From Verrucomicrobiota bacterium (GTDB lineage Bacteria > Verrucomicrobiota > Verrucomicrobiia > Limisphaerales > Palsa-1400), in NCBI GenBank assembly GCA_049513975.1, contig JBEKVM010000033.1, forward strand, positions 3,788-67,787: a stretch of 64,000 bases of DNA, in the 5' to 3' direction. The position numbers were made by a program, and so were the translations under genes. The notes under the pieces are model-generated. The model searched no databases. It saw nothing but the letters and a program-made list of their open reading frames with translations, and was not told the origin of the DNA. This document shows positions 36,004 through 45,457 of this stretch, in pieces (the stretch's first letter is position 1; the number at the start of each line of letters is the position of its first letter).

Positions 36004-37445
36004 TCCGCATAACCAAAGGCCCGGCAGTAGGGAGCGAGGGCGGACTTGAGCGGCTCCAGCGCCTCCGCGTAATGTTCCCAGCGCCGCACGGCGCGCTGAT
36101 AGACCGGCTGGGTCACGTCGTGGTAGGTCGGCGCAAAAACGAATTTTTGCCGCGCCGTCTCGTAATACTTCGCCTGGGACTCATGCCACGGCACTCCGAG
36201 GAAATCCGTCAGCCGCCGTCCCTCGCCTTCCAGATTATTGACAATATCTTCATAGCGCGTTTCCATCCACCCGAAGCCGCCCACCTCGCGCAGGCGCAGC
36301 CAGGCATCCATGCAGTCGGAATAGAATTTGGCCGTCCTGCCGAGACTGAGAAAATTGGCGTTCACCGCGGTCAGGGTGAGATTCTGAAAGAAGCAACTGA
36401 TAACGACGTCCCGCGGATCGCGCAAGGTGATGATTATTTTCGAGGCGGGAAAAAGGCGCAGCCAGACATGGAGCGAGCCGGTCAGGGAGGGATTTTTGTC
36501 CAGCAGCAACCTGCCGCCCGGCCCTTCCTCCATTTGGCGCAGCAGACTTTTGCAGTAGCGCCCGATCAAAGCGGCTCGCGCGGACGAACCCAGCGCGTTC
36601 AGGGATTTCAAGGTCAGGGCCCTGGCCGGCGGCATGGGCGCCAGCTTGTTCAACACCTCCTGCGCGAAGGATTCCGGTTCGTCAAAAACAAGAATCTGCG
36701 GGTGCGCGCCCAGCACTTGTTCAATCAAAGTCGTGCCGCTGCGGGGCGGGCCGCCCAGAAAAGCCAGCGGATGCGCGCAGGGGGCGGTGTCCGCTTCCTC
36801 GCGCCAGCGCCGGAGGCTCTCCGGTGTCAGCGCCGCCAGCAGCCCGCGCCGCGCGCCGGCCATCTTGTCGTACATCTTTTCCAGCGAGGGCGTGTCCGCC
36901 ATTTGCCGCACGAGCGCCTTCGAGTCGCGCAGAAAACGCATTGCTTCCGCGTATTGCCCGGTTGAGTCCAGCACGACGCCGAGCAGATGGCTGGCCGAAA
37001 TTTTTACATTCGGGTCCGGCGGATTGTTTTTCAGCAAATCGCGCAAGGCCGTCTCCGCTTCCCCGTTGCGGCCCTGGCGATGCCAGAGAAAAGCGCGGAA
37101 ATAGAGCGCCTGGGCGTCATGCGGATGCCGCCTCAGGCAGCCCTCGACACACTCCCGCGCTTCGTCCAGCCGCCGGTCCCTTTCCAACCACGCCGCCCAA
37201 CTGAGGCAGGCATGAACCGAGGAAGGATCCGCCGCTGCAGCCTGGGCAAAGCAGGCGGAGGCCTCGTCCAGGCGGCGCAGCCGATGGTATTGTTGACCGA
37301 TGGAAACGAGCAAATCGGCATCGGCGGCGGCCAAGGCCGCGGCCCGCCCGCAGGCCTGCCGCGCCAGGGCGAAATCCAGTTCCCCCGCGGCCGCGATGCC
37401 CAACTCCATCCACAAGCCGGCCACGCCCGGGAATTGTTTGACCAA
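36000..37445 (-). CDS. TPR-repeat sulfotransferase (start uncertain; reading frame continues upstream through an in-frame TAG)
   Basis: TPR repeats in the N-terminal half. The sulfotransferase PAPS-binding loop is GGPPRSGTTLIEQVL, followed by RDPRDVVISCF. The ORF-track start is a TTG immediately after a TAG. Confidence 0.75.
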   Translation of the reverse strand: MVKQFPGVAGLWMELGIAAAGELDFALARQACGRAAALAAADADLLVSIGQQYHRLRRLDEASACFAQAAAADPSSVHACLSWAAWLERDRRLDEARECVEGCLRRHPHDAQALYFRAFLWHRQGRNGEAETALRDLLKNNPPDPNVKISASHLLGVVLDSTGQYAEAMRFLRDSKALVRQMADTPSLEKMYDKMAGARRGLLAALTPESLRRWREEADTAPCAHPLAFLGGPPRSGTTLIEQVLGAHPQILVFDEPESFAQEVLNKLAPMPPARALTLKSLNALGSSARAALIGRYCKSLLRQMEEGPGGRLLLDKNPSLTGSLHVWLRLFPASKIIITLRDPRDVVISCFFQNLTLTAVNANFLSLGRTAKFYSDCMDAWLRLREVGGFGWMETRYEDIVNNLEGEGRRLTDFLGVPWHESQAKYYETARQKFVFAPTYHDVTQPVYQRAVRRWEHYAEALEPLKSALAPYCRAFGYAD

Positions 37446-37752
37446 GTTGCGCTAACTGTTCAAGGCGAGGGCGTGGCGGCCCTGGATCAGATGTTGTTGC
37501 GCGGCGTGCCAGGAAGCCACGACATGGGGCTGGCGCTGCAATTTTGCCAGATCATCTTGCGGGCCGCCGTTGACGCTTTCTGTCATGCGAAGCTGTCGTT
37601 TTGGAGACTTGTAAGGTTTGCCCCTGTGGCGGTCAAGGGAAAGCGTCGCGCTCCCTGTTGTATTTCCCTTGAATTGGAAAGGCAGCGGGATCAAGATCAG
37701 GGCGGTGGGGATGAGGTTGGTGTTCCCGTCACCCGATGAAATTATGCCAAAG

Positions 37753-38142
37753 ATGAAAAAGACTTTTATTCTCCTCGTGTTGCCGCTGGCGCTGGCCGGC
37801 TGCAGTTCTTCCATCATCAATTTGACTCCAAGCCGCCTGGCCCGAAACAGTGATGGCACTTACCATGTGGAAGCGGCCTGGCGGACCACCGAACAAACCA
37901 TCCGCCCGGAGAGCCTCAAGCCTTGGGTGGTGGTGGGCTTCGAGAAATACGAGATGAGCCCGGAGTTGGTGGTGAAGGATCGCTGGGAGACGTTTGTGCC
38001 GGTGCCGGCGGACCAGAAACTGATACATTACCGGTTCCAATTCGATTTCTCCCGAAACGCGATTTCCGCGGCAGTGGAAGACAGCAAGATGTCGCCGGAA
38101 TTCACCCTGGAGATTGCGGACAAGGCGTCCGGGGGAAAATAG
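37753..38142 (+). CDS. Hypothetical lipoprotein
   Basis: MKKTFILLVLPLALAGCSSS is a canonical lipobox. An alternative ATG lies at 37744. Confidence 0.6.
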   Translation: MKKTFILLVLPLALAGCSSSIINLTPSRLARNSDGTYHVEAAWRTTEQTIRPESLKPWVVVGFEKYEMSPELVVKDRWETFVPVPADQKLIHYRFQFDFSRNAISAAVEDSKMSPEFTLEIADKASGGK

Positions 38143-38224
38143 GCAAGGGCGGAGAAGCGCCAAGCGGAGGAGTGAACGCCCCGCCGTGGATGCCGAAAGA
38201 AGGAATGCTGACCCGCGCCCCCGG

Positions 38225-39409
38225 TCATTTGGTGTTTTCCCAAGCGGCTTCGAATAACCGGGCAAAATCGGCGGCGGCGACGGGGCGCGGATTAAAGGCG
38301 GCGGTCCACTGTCGGGCGGCTTCACGCGCCAACACGGGGATGCTGGAATGGGTTACGCCGCATTGGGAGAGGGAGCGCGGCAGGCCGGCCAGGTCGAGCA
38401 AAGATTCCAGTTTTTCCGCCAGGTGATCGGCGTTGGACGAATCCAGGCTGGCATAGAGACGGGCGGCGGCGGGGTTGCGGCCGTTGAAACGCAGGACGTG
38501 CGGCAGCATCAGGCCGATGGCCTGGCCATGCACGATGTTGAAATGAGCGGACAGTGGGTTGGCCGCCGCATGGGCCGCGCCCAACATGCTGTTCTCAATG
38601 GCCAGACCGGCCAGGGCCGCGCCGAGCAACATGCCGGCGCGCGCCTCCAAATCATCCGGCCGTTTGAGCATGCGCGGGAAATGGGACCAGCAGAGGCGGA
38701 AGGCCTGGCGTGAATAGGCCAGGGAAATGGGATTGCGCGGTCTGGTCACGGCCGTTTCCAAGGCGTGGCTGAGGGCGTCAATGCCGGTGCAGGCCGCGAC
38801 GCGGGGCGGTTGGGAAAGGGTCAGGAGAGGATCGAGAATGGCGATGCGGGCGGCGGCTTTGGGATCGCCGCAGGCCATTTTTTGATGGGTGGTTTCATCG
38901 GCAATCAGGGCGAAGGACTGGCACTCGCTGCCGGTGCCGGCGGTGGTCGGAATCGCGATCAAGGGAAGCATCGCCCGGGCCGCCTTGCCCACACCCCGAT
39001 AGTCCTGCATGCGACCGCCGTTGGTGAGGAGGAAATTGCAGCCCTTGGCGGTGTCAAGGCTGCTGCCCCCGCCCAATCCGACGAAACCGTCTATGGCGGC
39101 GGCGCGGGCGACAGAGAGACAGACGCCCACGTCGCGGGTGGATGGGTTCTCCCGCACTTTGTCGAACAAGACTGTTTGCACGCGCGCCCCCTGCAAGGAG
39201 CGGCGGACCCGCTCCGCATGACCGGCGGCGACGACGCCGGCGTCGGTGACCAGAAGGACTTTTTTGACGCCGATTTGGCGGGCCAGTTCGCCCGCCCGTT
39301 CGGCCATGTTGTTCCCGAAGACGATGCGCGTGCGGGGTTGGTGATCGAAGGGGGCGAAGACGGCGCTGTCCGCGAGCCGATCCAGGAGTTTGGCGGGCCG
39401 GCGGTTCAT
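38225..39409 (-). CDS. Iron-containing (group III) alcohol dehydrogenase
   Basis: LLVTD...VGLGGGSSLDTAKG...IAIPTTAGTGSE...HALSHALE...HG are the Fe-ADH motifs in the expected order. The start overlaps the upstream stop (ATGA). Confidence 0.85.
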   Translation of the reverse strand: MNRRPAKLLDRLADSAVFAPFDHQPRTRIVFGNNMAERAGELARQIGVKKVLLVTDAGVVAAGHAERVRRSLQGARVQTVLFDKVRENPSTRDVGVCLSVARAAAIDGFVGLGGGSSLDTAKGCNFLLTNGGRMQDYRGVGKAARAMLPLIAIPTTAGTGSECQSFALIADETTHQKMACGDPKAAARIAILDPLLTLSQPPRVAACTGIDALSHALETAVTRPRNPISLAYSRQAFRLCWSHFPRMLKRPDDLEARAGMLLGAALAGLAIENSMLGAAHAAANPLSAHFNIVHGQAIGLMLPHVLRFNGRNPAAARLYASLDSSNADHLAEKLESLLDLAGLPRSLSQCGVTHSSIPVLAREAARQWTAAFNPRPVAAADFARLFEAAWENTK

Positions 39410-40836
39410 GCGGCGATGTCCAGGGAGCGCCGTTTGTAGAGGAAATCAAACAAGTTGCCTTCGTGCGGCTGGTCCCAGGAGATGTTCAGGGTGGAGATCG
39501 GGCCAAGGTTGAGCCGTTCGATGAGGGGCGACTCCAAAAGTTGTTCGATGAAGGCCGGGTCTTTGGTAATGGCGGTGACCGCGAGGGACGGCCCGATTTG
39601 CCGGAGCATTTCCGCCTGGGGAACGGGGACGACGCTGGCGTACGGGCAGAGGAATTCGCGGTTGGCCAGGGGATGGGCGAAAGAATCGCAGAGCACGATC
39701 GTGGGCCGCAAATAGGTTCCGCCTTCGAACTGGACTTTGCGCGGGCCGGCGCGAAAGGCGGCGGTTATGTCGCTCGCGCCGGACGTTTTCAAACCTTCCT
39801 CGATGCTGGCATCAATAGACTCAGCCATTTTCGGATTGGCGAAGCCGGCCAGCCGGGCCTGGTCGTCGCTGCAAGAGCAAGGCGCAACGGGCCCGAGCTT
39901 TTCCGCCAGGGCGCGGGCGATTTCCGCGGCATGGCGCGGGACAACGACCGCGGACACGTTGATGCAACTCCGTCCGCCGTTGTCGGAAATGGTGGAGACG
40001 ATGAGATCAATGAAGTCGGGCCAGCGCTCGATTTCGTCCTCGCCAATCAGAACTTTGCTGCAGCCCGGCCCGTGAATTTGAATGGCGGGATTGCCGGCGT
40101 AAGCCGCCGTGGTGCTGCTGTCACCGAAAAGAAGGGCGCGTCCGCAGCCCCGCAAAATTTCGGCGGCGCCTTCGTGATCGGTGGGGTAGAAGCCAAACGC
40201 CTCCACCGGACAACCGGCCGCGACAAAGGCCTGGATGAGGCGGAAAGGCGTCCACGGCTCCTCGCGGCCCGGTTTGATGACCACGGGGATTTTCAGCGGG
40301 ATGGCGGGCAGCCAGAGCGAGTTGACGGCGGGGGAATTGCTGGGCATGACCAGGCCGAGGCACTGGCTGGCCGGGTAAAAACTGAGGCGCGCGCCGAATT
40401 GCTCGCGCACGGCGCCGTCGAGCACGGCCGGATCCAGCCCGCGGGTCAAACCGTTGAGGACGGTTTTCATGTTGACAAGCACGCCGTGAATTTTCGCCAT
40501 GTTGCGGCGCACCATGACCTGGGGCAAACCGCTCGTGGCGGAGAGTGTCTCGATGTATTGCTGCGGGGACTGGGTTTCGCCCTGGCCGCCCAGCGGGAGC
40601 GAGCCGTGGAGAAATTGCGCCGCCGCCTTGGCGCAAATTTCGAGGAGTTGCGTCACGGAAAAATTTTTCAGCGCGGCGCGCGATTCGGAGAATTTCCCCA
40701 AATCCTTGCGGATGATTCCGGCGTTGACCTGACTGACGGTGGCGAGGACGGCGCCGGTGCGGCAGTCGGTGACATTCGACTTATCAAGACTTTCATAAGG
40801 GCGTCCGCGGCGAAGAACTGGGATGTGGGAGGGCAT
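39406..40836 (-). CDS. Aldehyde-dehydrogenase-superfamily protein, possibly LuxC-like acyl reductase
   Basis: About 476 aa with an ALDH-like layout. The candidate catalytic Cys sits in DNGGRSCINVSAVVV. The internal ATG at 40836 was chosen. Confidence 0.65.
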   Translation of the reverse strand: MPSHIPVLRRGRPYESLDKSNVTDCRTGAVLATVSQVNAGIIRKDLGKFSESRAALKNFSVTQLLEICAKAAAQFLHGSLPLGGQGETQSPQQYIETLSATSGLPQVMVRRNMAKIHGVLVNMKTVLNGLTRGLDPAVLDGAVREQFGARLSFYPASQCLGLVMPSNSPAVNSLWLPAIPLKIPVVIKPGREEPWTPFRLIQAFVAAGCPVEAFGFYPTDHEGAAEILRGCGRALLFGDSSTTAAYAGNPAIQIHGPGCSKVLIGEDEIERWPDFIDLIVSTISDNGGRSCINVSAVVVPRHAAEIARALAEKLGPVAPCSCSDDQARLAGFANPKMAESIDASIEEGLKTSGASDITAAFRAGPRKVQFEGGTYLRPTIVLCDSFAHPLANREFLCPYASVVPVPQAEMLRQIGPSLAVTAITKDPAFIEQLLESPLIERLNLGPISTLNISWDQPHEGNLFDFLYKRRSLDIAA

Positions 40837-40852
40837 GGAGAATGGGAGTTTT

Positions 40853-41932
40853 CTAATAAACTCCTTCCACGATGTTTTTCTCCATGGCGCCGAAGGGACG
40901 CACTTCGGCCACGCCATCCCAGGCATAAGGCGGGCGCGGTTCGCGCCGCAACGCCTCGTCGCGCTCCAGAAAACGCGGCATGAAAAATTCACGCGTCAAG
41001 GTGGTCAGCTCGACGCGGCCCCATTGTCCATACGGAACGGCTTGAGCGGTCTCCTCGGAATTGACCACGCGCAAAACGGCGCGCGGCTGCGGAGCATAAT
41101 AGGTAATGGAAAAATTGTCTTCCGGGCGCAGCGGCGCGCTGGCGGCCAAACCCATCAGGGTGTTGCCATAAGTCGGATAAAAACCGATGCGGTTTTCCAA
41201 AACTTCCTCCACCAGGTAACGGACGTATTGGGGAGCCATGCTGGTGCCGCCGCAAAAAACACCGCGAATGCCGGCTTCCCACAAATCAATCTTCTCGCCG
41301 ATGGCCTCAAGCAATTTGGGCGTGGTGAAAAGCCCGCTGACTTTGCGGTGTTTCAAAATCATGACCGCCTGGTCCACGATGTGTTCCATGTAGGCGCGGG
41401 CCGCGTCGAATTTCTTTTCGCCAAGCACCTTCTTGACCCAGCGCGGGTCGAGGTCAATAAAATAGCAGGAACTGCCCCGGAAATTGGCCAGGTGCTCGAT
41501 GGCCAGGCGCAGGCGGCGCGGCCCGGTCGGGCCGGCCATCAGCCAGGCGCCGCCGCGGGGGAAATGGGCGTCGGAGATTTTGCCGGAGAATTCCTCGTAA
41601 TCCACCTTGTAGTCGTCCCAGCCGATGCGTTGTTTGGGCATGCCGGTGGTGCCGCCGGTTTCAAAAATGTTGAAGGGGCGGCCCTGGAATTTTTTGGGCA
41701 CCCAGACTTCGGGCTGCAAATCGCGCAACCATTCGTCCTGGAAATGGGGAAAGCGCTGCAGATCGGCGAAACCTTTGATCTCGGCGGCGGCATTCCAGCC
41801 GGACTTCTTTGCCCAATCAAGCCAGAAGGGGCAGCCGGTGTCGGACGAGAAATGCCACCGCATGATGTCACGGACGTGGGCGTCGAGCGCTTCGCGGGCG
41901 GCTTGGACGGCGGTTGAATCAACGGGAGGCAT
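40853..41932 (-). CDS. Adenylate-forming enzyme of the PaaK / F390-synthetase / LuxE-like group
   Basis: The P-loop-like adenylation motif FETGGTTGMPK is at ~residue 93. The protein is 359 aa, short for a canonical PaaK and close to LuxE size. Confidence 0.65.
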   Translation of the reverse strand: MPPVDSTAVQAAREALDAHVRDIMRWHFSSDTGCPFWLDWAKKSGWNAAAEIKGFADLQRFPHFQDEWLRDLQPEVWVPKKFQGRPFNIFETGGTTGMPKQRIGWDDYKVDYEEFSGKISDAHFPRGGAWLMAGPTGPRRLRLAIEHLANFRGSSCYFIDLDPRWVKKVLGEKKFDAARAYMEHIVDQAVMILKHRKVSGLFTTPKLLEAIGEKIDLWEAGIRGVFCGGTSMAPQYVRYLVEEVLENRIGFYPTYGNTLMGLAASAPLRPEDNFSITYYAPQPRAVLRVVNSEETAQAVPYGQWGRVELTTLTREFFMPRFLERDEALRREPRPPYAWDGVAEVRPFGAMEKNIVEGVY

Positions 41933-41940
41933 GGTTTAAA

Positions 41941-43521
41941 TCAAGTGGCAGTGGGGAAAGCGGTGGTGGCAAAGTATTTATCAATGGTGGCCCGGGCGGG
42001 CGGACGGGTGGCCAGCGAAAAAAAGAGCACGCACAGGATGGAGCCGAGGACCATCGGGACGACGGTCATGTAACCGTTGCAAAAAGCCACGTCGCCCGTG
42101 GGATTGAGGAAAAAGACCTTCAGGGCATCCTTGCCCGCGCCGATCTGCCAGAGAACGTCCCCGGCTTTGTGACCGGATTGCATGAGGGCGGTCCAAACCA
42201 GGAAGGCGGCGACGAACAAAGTGGCGGCGAGCGCGCCCCACTTGGTGCTGCGTTTCCAGAACAGGGCCGCCACCATGACGGGGGACAGGGCCGCGAAACC
42301 GGAAAAGGCGTACCGGACCGCGATTTCAAAAATTCCCTGTTTCTCCTTGAGCCGCAGCGCCACCAAATAGGCAATCAACGTGACGACGACGATAAAGCCG
42401 CGCGCAAAATGAACGGCGCGGTGTTCGCCGAATCTTTCCCTCCCGCCGTAATGGGCGAACACGTCCTTGGTGAACATGGTGCTCATGGCCAGGACCTGGT
42501 GGGCGTCGGAACCCATCACCGCCGAAATGATGCCCGCTCCCAGGATTCCCGCCAGCCAGGCCGGGGAGTAATCGTGGAGCAAACGCAGCAGCACCCCGTC
42601 GGGGTCCTGTATTTTGCCCAGGGCGGCGAATCCCATCACGCCGAGAAAAACGCAGGGCAGCCAGATCACCATGATGGCGATGGGATAGGCGATGACGGTG
42701 CGCTTGAACGCGGTGACGCGGCGGGCGGAAAAGCACATCATGGCCATGTGGGGAAACATGATGGAAGAGAGTGGAATCAACGTGTAGCTCCAAAAAACCT
42801 GGGGCGGCATCTTCTCGCGCGTGACGAGGAACCGGCTCTTTTCATCCCCCGCCAGCTTGCCGATGTAGTCGCTAAATCCCAGAGGCAGGGCATGGCTGAT
42901 GACAGCCACCGCGACCAAACCAAAGAGGAGGAAAAGGATGGTTTGAAAAATGTTGACCCAGACCGTGCCCCGCATTCCGCCGAAAAAAACATTGGCCGTC
43001 ACCACCACCGCCACCGTGGCGCAGCCGAGGGGGTAGGAAATGAGCGAGTCATGGGTTTCGGGGTTGACCGAGATGTCGTGGAGAACGGTGCCTCCACCCA
43101 TAATACTGATGATCATGTAGGGAACAAGCATGGCCGCGCTCAACGCAAATATGGCGGTGCCGATGTGGTTGCATTCCCAGCGGTCGCGGAAAAAGGAAAC
43201 CTGGGTTTGGTGGCCGAATTTTTTGCCCAGCGCCCACAGCCTCGTGCCGATGAAAAAAATGGTCAGCGGAATGACAAGGCAGGAGGAGGAGGCCATCATC
43301 CCATAGATGCCGATGCCCCGCCGGTAGGCCTGCCCCGAACTGCCGAGAATGGCAAAGGCGGTCATGTTGGTGGCGAAGAAGGAGAGAAAAAAGACCATCG
43401 AGCCGATGGACCGGCTGGCCAGGAAAAAATCCTCGGTGTTGTCCTTGCCGCGTTTGTAGGCGATGCTGCCGATGAAGGCAATGACCGCCAGGTAAGCGAA
43501 GATGACGATGACCGGGATCAT
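41941..43521 (-). CDS. Sodium:solute symporter (SSS family)
   Basis: MIPVIVIFAYLAVIAFIGSIAYKRGKDNTEDFFLASRSIG is the typical SSS N-terminus, followed by ~13 TM helices. The internal ATG at 43521 was chosen. Confidence 0.85.
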   Translation of the reverse strand: MIPVIVIFAYLAVIAFIGSIAYKRGKDNTEDFFLASRSIGSMVFFLSFFATNMTAFAILGSSGQAYRRGIGIYGMMASSSCLVIPLTIFFIGTRLWALGKKFGHQTQVSFFRDRWECNHIGTAIFALSAAMLVPYMIISIMGGGTVLHDISVNPETHDSLISYPLGCATVAVVVTANVFFGGMRGTVWVNIFQTILFLLFGLVAVAVISHALPLGFSDYIGKLAGDEKSRFLVTREKMPPQVFWSYTLIPLSSIMFPHMAMMCFSARRVTAFKRTVIAYPIAIMVIWLPCVFLGVMGFAALGKIQDPDGVLLRLLHDYSPAWLAGILGAGIISAVMGSDAHQVLAMSTMFTKDVFAHYGGRERFGEHRAVHFARGFIVVVTLIAYLVALRLKEKQGIFEIAVRYAFSGFAALSPVMVAALFWKRSTKWGALAATLFVAAFLVWTALMQSGHKAGDVLWQIGAGKDALKVFFLNPTGDVAFCNGYMTVVPMVLGSILCVLFFSLATRPPARATIDKYFATTAFPTAT

Positions 43522-43760
43522 GAACCAGTGCCGGAGTCTTTGTCCGCGCCCCTGTCTTCTTCCGCTTCCAGATGTTTTGGCCAGGCGAACTTGACCAGCA
43601 CCGCCATCAGGCCGGCGCAGACCACCGAGTAGCCGGCGTGGTAGGCCAAGCCAGCCGGGAGAAAGCCGCAGACCAGCGGTTCGGCTTTGTTCCAATTCCA
43701 CAGGTCCTGGTGCGCCCCATAGACCAGCGCGATAAGGAGGAACAAGAGGAATTTCTTCAT
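43518..43760 (-). CDS. Small two-TM membrane protein (DUF3311-like partner of SSS transporters)
   Basis: 80 aa, MKKFLLFLLIALVYGA...LAYHAGYSVVCAGLMAVLV. ATGA overlaps occur on both sides. Confidence 0.55.
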   Translation of the reverse strand: MKKFLLFLLIALVYGAHQDLWNWNKAEPLVCGFLPAGLAYHAGYSVVCAGLMAVLVKFAWPKHLEAEEDRGADKDSGTGS

Positions 43761-45430
43761 TTGTTGGCGGGGTTCAAATCAAGGTTCATGGCCGGTTTCT
43801 GATCGCTGAGGAACGGGGTCTTGTCGTGGTTGTAGAAGGCGAAAAGGTGGGTGTTGGAATGGACGTAGAGGACGCCGTCGGCCACGATGGGAGTGGAATA
43901 GACGGGGGCGCCGAGGTTGACCTGGCTCAGGATTTTCATTTCCTTGCTGGCGGCAAACACGACAAAGTCCCCGTCCTCATCCCCGCAATAAACCTTGCCG
44001 TCGGCCACCAAAGTGGATCCCCACATGTGCGATTTCATGTCATGCCGCCAATTAAGCCGGCCAGTCTCGGCGTCGAAGCAATAGACGAAGCCGGAAAAAT
44101 CGCCCGCGAACAACAGCCCGTCGGGGGTGATGCCGACGGTGGAAAGACTGCGGTGGATTTTGTCGTAGCTCCAGATCTTCGCCGTTTTGGTGACGTCGCC
44201 GGTCTGGGTGGCGTCAATACAGGAGATGTTGCCGATGCCTTCGCCGTGCTCGGGGTCCTGGCCGACGCAGACGTAAATGCGGTTATGCCAGAAGACCGGG
44301 GTGGCGTTGATTTCGCTGGGGCCGTCCGGGGCCGGGTATTTATGGACCGGATCGTTGGCGCGGCGTTCGGGGGGATTGCAGTCGAACCACCAGACTTTTT
44401 TCATGTAATCGGTGTCTTTGTCCTCGAAACGATTGACGGGGGGGCCGGGGACGACAGGGACGATGGGCGCGCCGGTGCCTTTCTCGGGCGTGGCGTTGAA
44501 GGCGTAGCAGATGCCGTCGCCGCCGCCGAAGAAAATCAATTGTCTGCCGTTGACCAGGCCGGTGGAGGGGGAAGTCCATTGGCCGTGGAAAATGCGCGGG
44601 CCGATGCCGGCATTGTCTTCCGCCACCAGCTTGCCGGTCTTTTTGTTGATGACGATGTAGCTGGGAGAGAAGGGCGAGGGAATGTTCACATGGCCCCAAT
44701 CCTGGCCGTTGGAGGTGCAGGCATAAATGTTGTCGCCGACGATGAGCAGCGAACAATTGGAGGCGTTGTGGGGAAAGACGCCCAATTCATCCATCATATC
44801 GTAGCGCCAGATGATGTCGGCGTCGTGCGGGCCGATTTTGGCCGGCGGGTTGCCCGGCCCGGCCACGTATTGGGCTTCCTCGGTGAAAGGGCCTTCATTT
44901 TTGCCGGGAACCATGCCGTCGGTGCTCAGGCAGATGACTTCGCAACGGCTGGTGACCAGATAAACGCGGTTTCCCTCCACGCAGGGCGAGGAAAGGAGGC
45001 CCAGATTTTCCCAGTCATTGACCTTGCCGGAGGCGAGCTTGGGCACGACCAACTGCCAGAGAAACTCGCCGGTCTTTTCATCGAAACACATGAGGATGCT
45101 GCGGTCGCCCTGGTGCTGCGGGTCGCGCGGATTTTCGTTGTTGGTCCCTATGAAAACTTTGCCGCCGGACACCACCACGTTGCCGTAACTCTGCGAACCG
45201 ACCTTGGCGATCCACTTGACGTTGGGGAGGTTGTTGGTCTCGATCTCCTCGGTGCCGGGCTTGAACTTGACACTGGCGTGGTTAGTGCTGGCGAAGTGGT
45301 CGGGCAGGCCGGTTTCCGGGGTGTACATGTTGCGGCCCGGATCGTTGCCGCCCCAGCGGGGCCAATCGGCCGCCGAGCAGACCAGGCCGCAAAGGGCCAA
45401 GGTCGCGGAGAGAGTTGACAGTCTTTTCAT
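43757..45430 (-). CDS. Secreted PQQ-like / BamB-like beta-propeller repeat protein
   Basis: The signal peptide MKRLSTLSATLALCGLVCSAADWPRWGG is followed by repeated blades with G-x-x-x-W (TGEFLWQL, TGRLNWRH). Confidence 0.75.
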   Translation of the reverse strand: MKRLSTLSATLALCGLVCSAADWPRWGGNDPGRNMYTPETGLPDHFASTNHASVKFKPGTEEIETNNLPNVKWIAKVGSQSYGNVVVSGGKVFIGTNNENPRDPQHQGDRSILMCFDEKTGEFLWQLVVPKLASGKVNDWENLGLLSSPCVEGNRVYLVTSRCEVICLSTDGMVPGKNEGPFTEEAQYVAGPGNPPAKIGPHDADIIWRYDMMDELGVFPHNASNCSLLIVGDNIYACTSNGQDWGHVNIPSPFSPSYIVINKKTGKLVAEDNAGIGPRIFHGQWTSPSTGLVNGRQLIFFGGGDGICYAFNATPEKGTGAPIVPVVPGPPVNRFEDKDTDYMKKVWWFDCNPPERRANDPVHKYPAPDGPSEINATPVFWHNRIYVCVGQDPEHGEGIGNISCIDATQTGDVTKTAKIWSYDKIHRSLSTVGITPDGLLFAGDFSGFVYCFDAETGRLNWRHDMKSHMWGSTLVADGKVYCGDEDGDFVVFAASKEMKILSQVNLGAPVYSTPIVADGVLYVHSNTHLFAFYNHDKTPFLSDQKPAMNLDLNPANK

Positions 45431-45457
45431 GTGTTTTGTGGGTCCTTTAAAATAACG

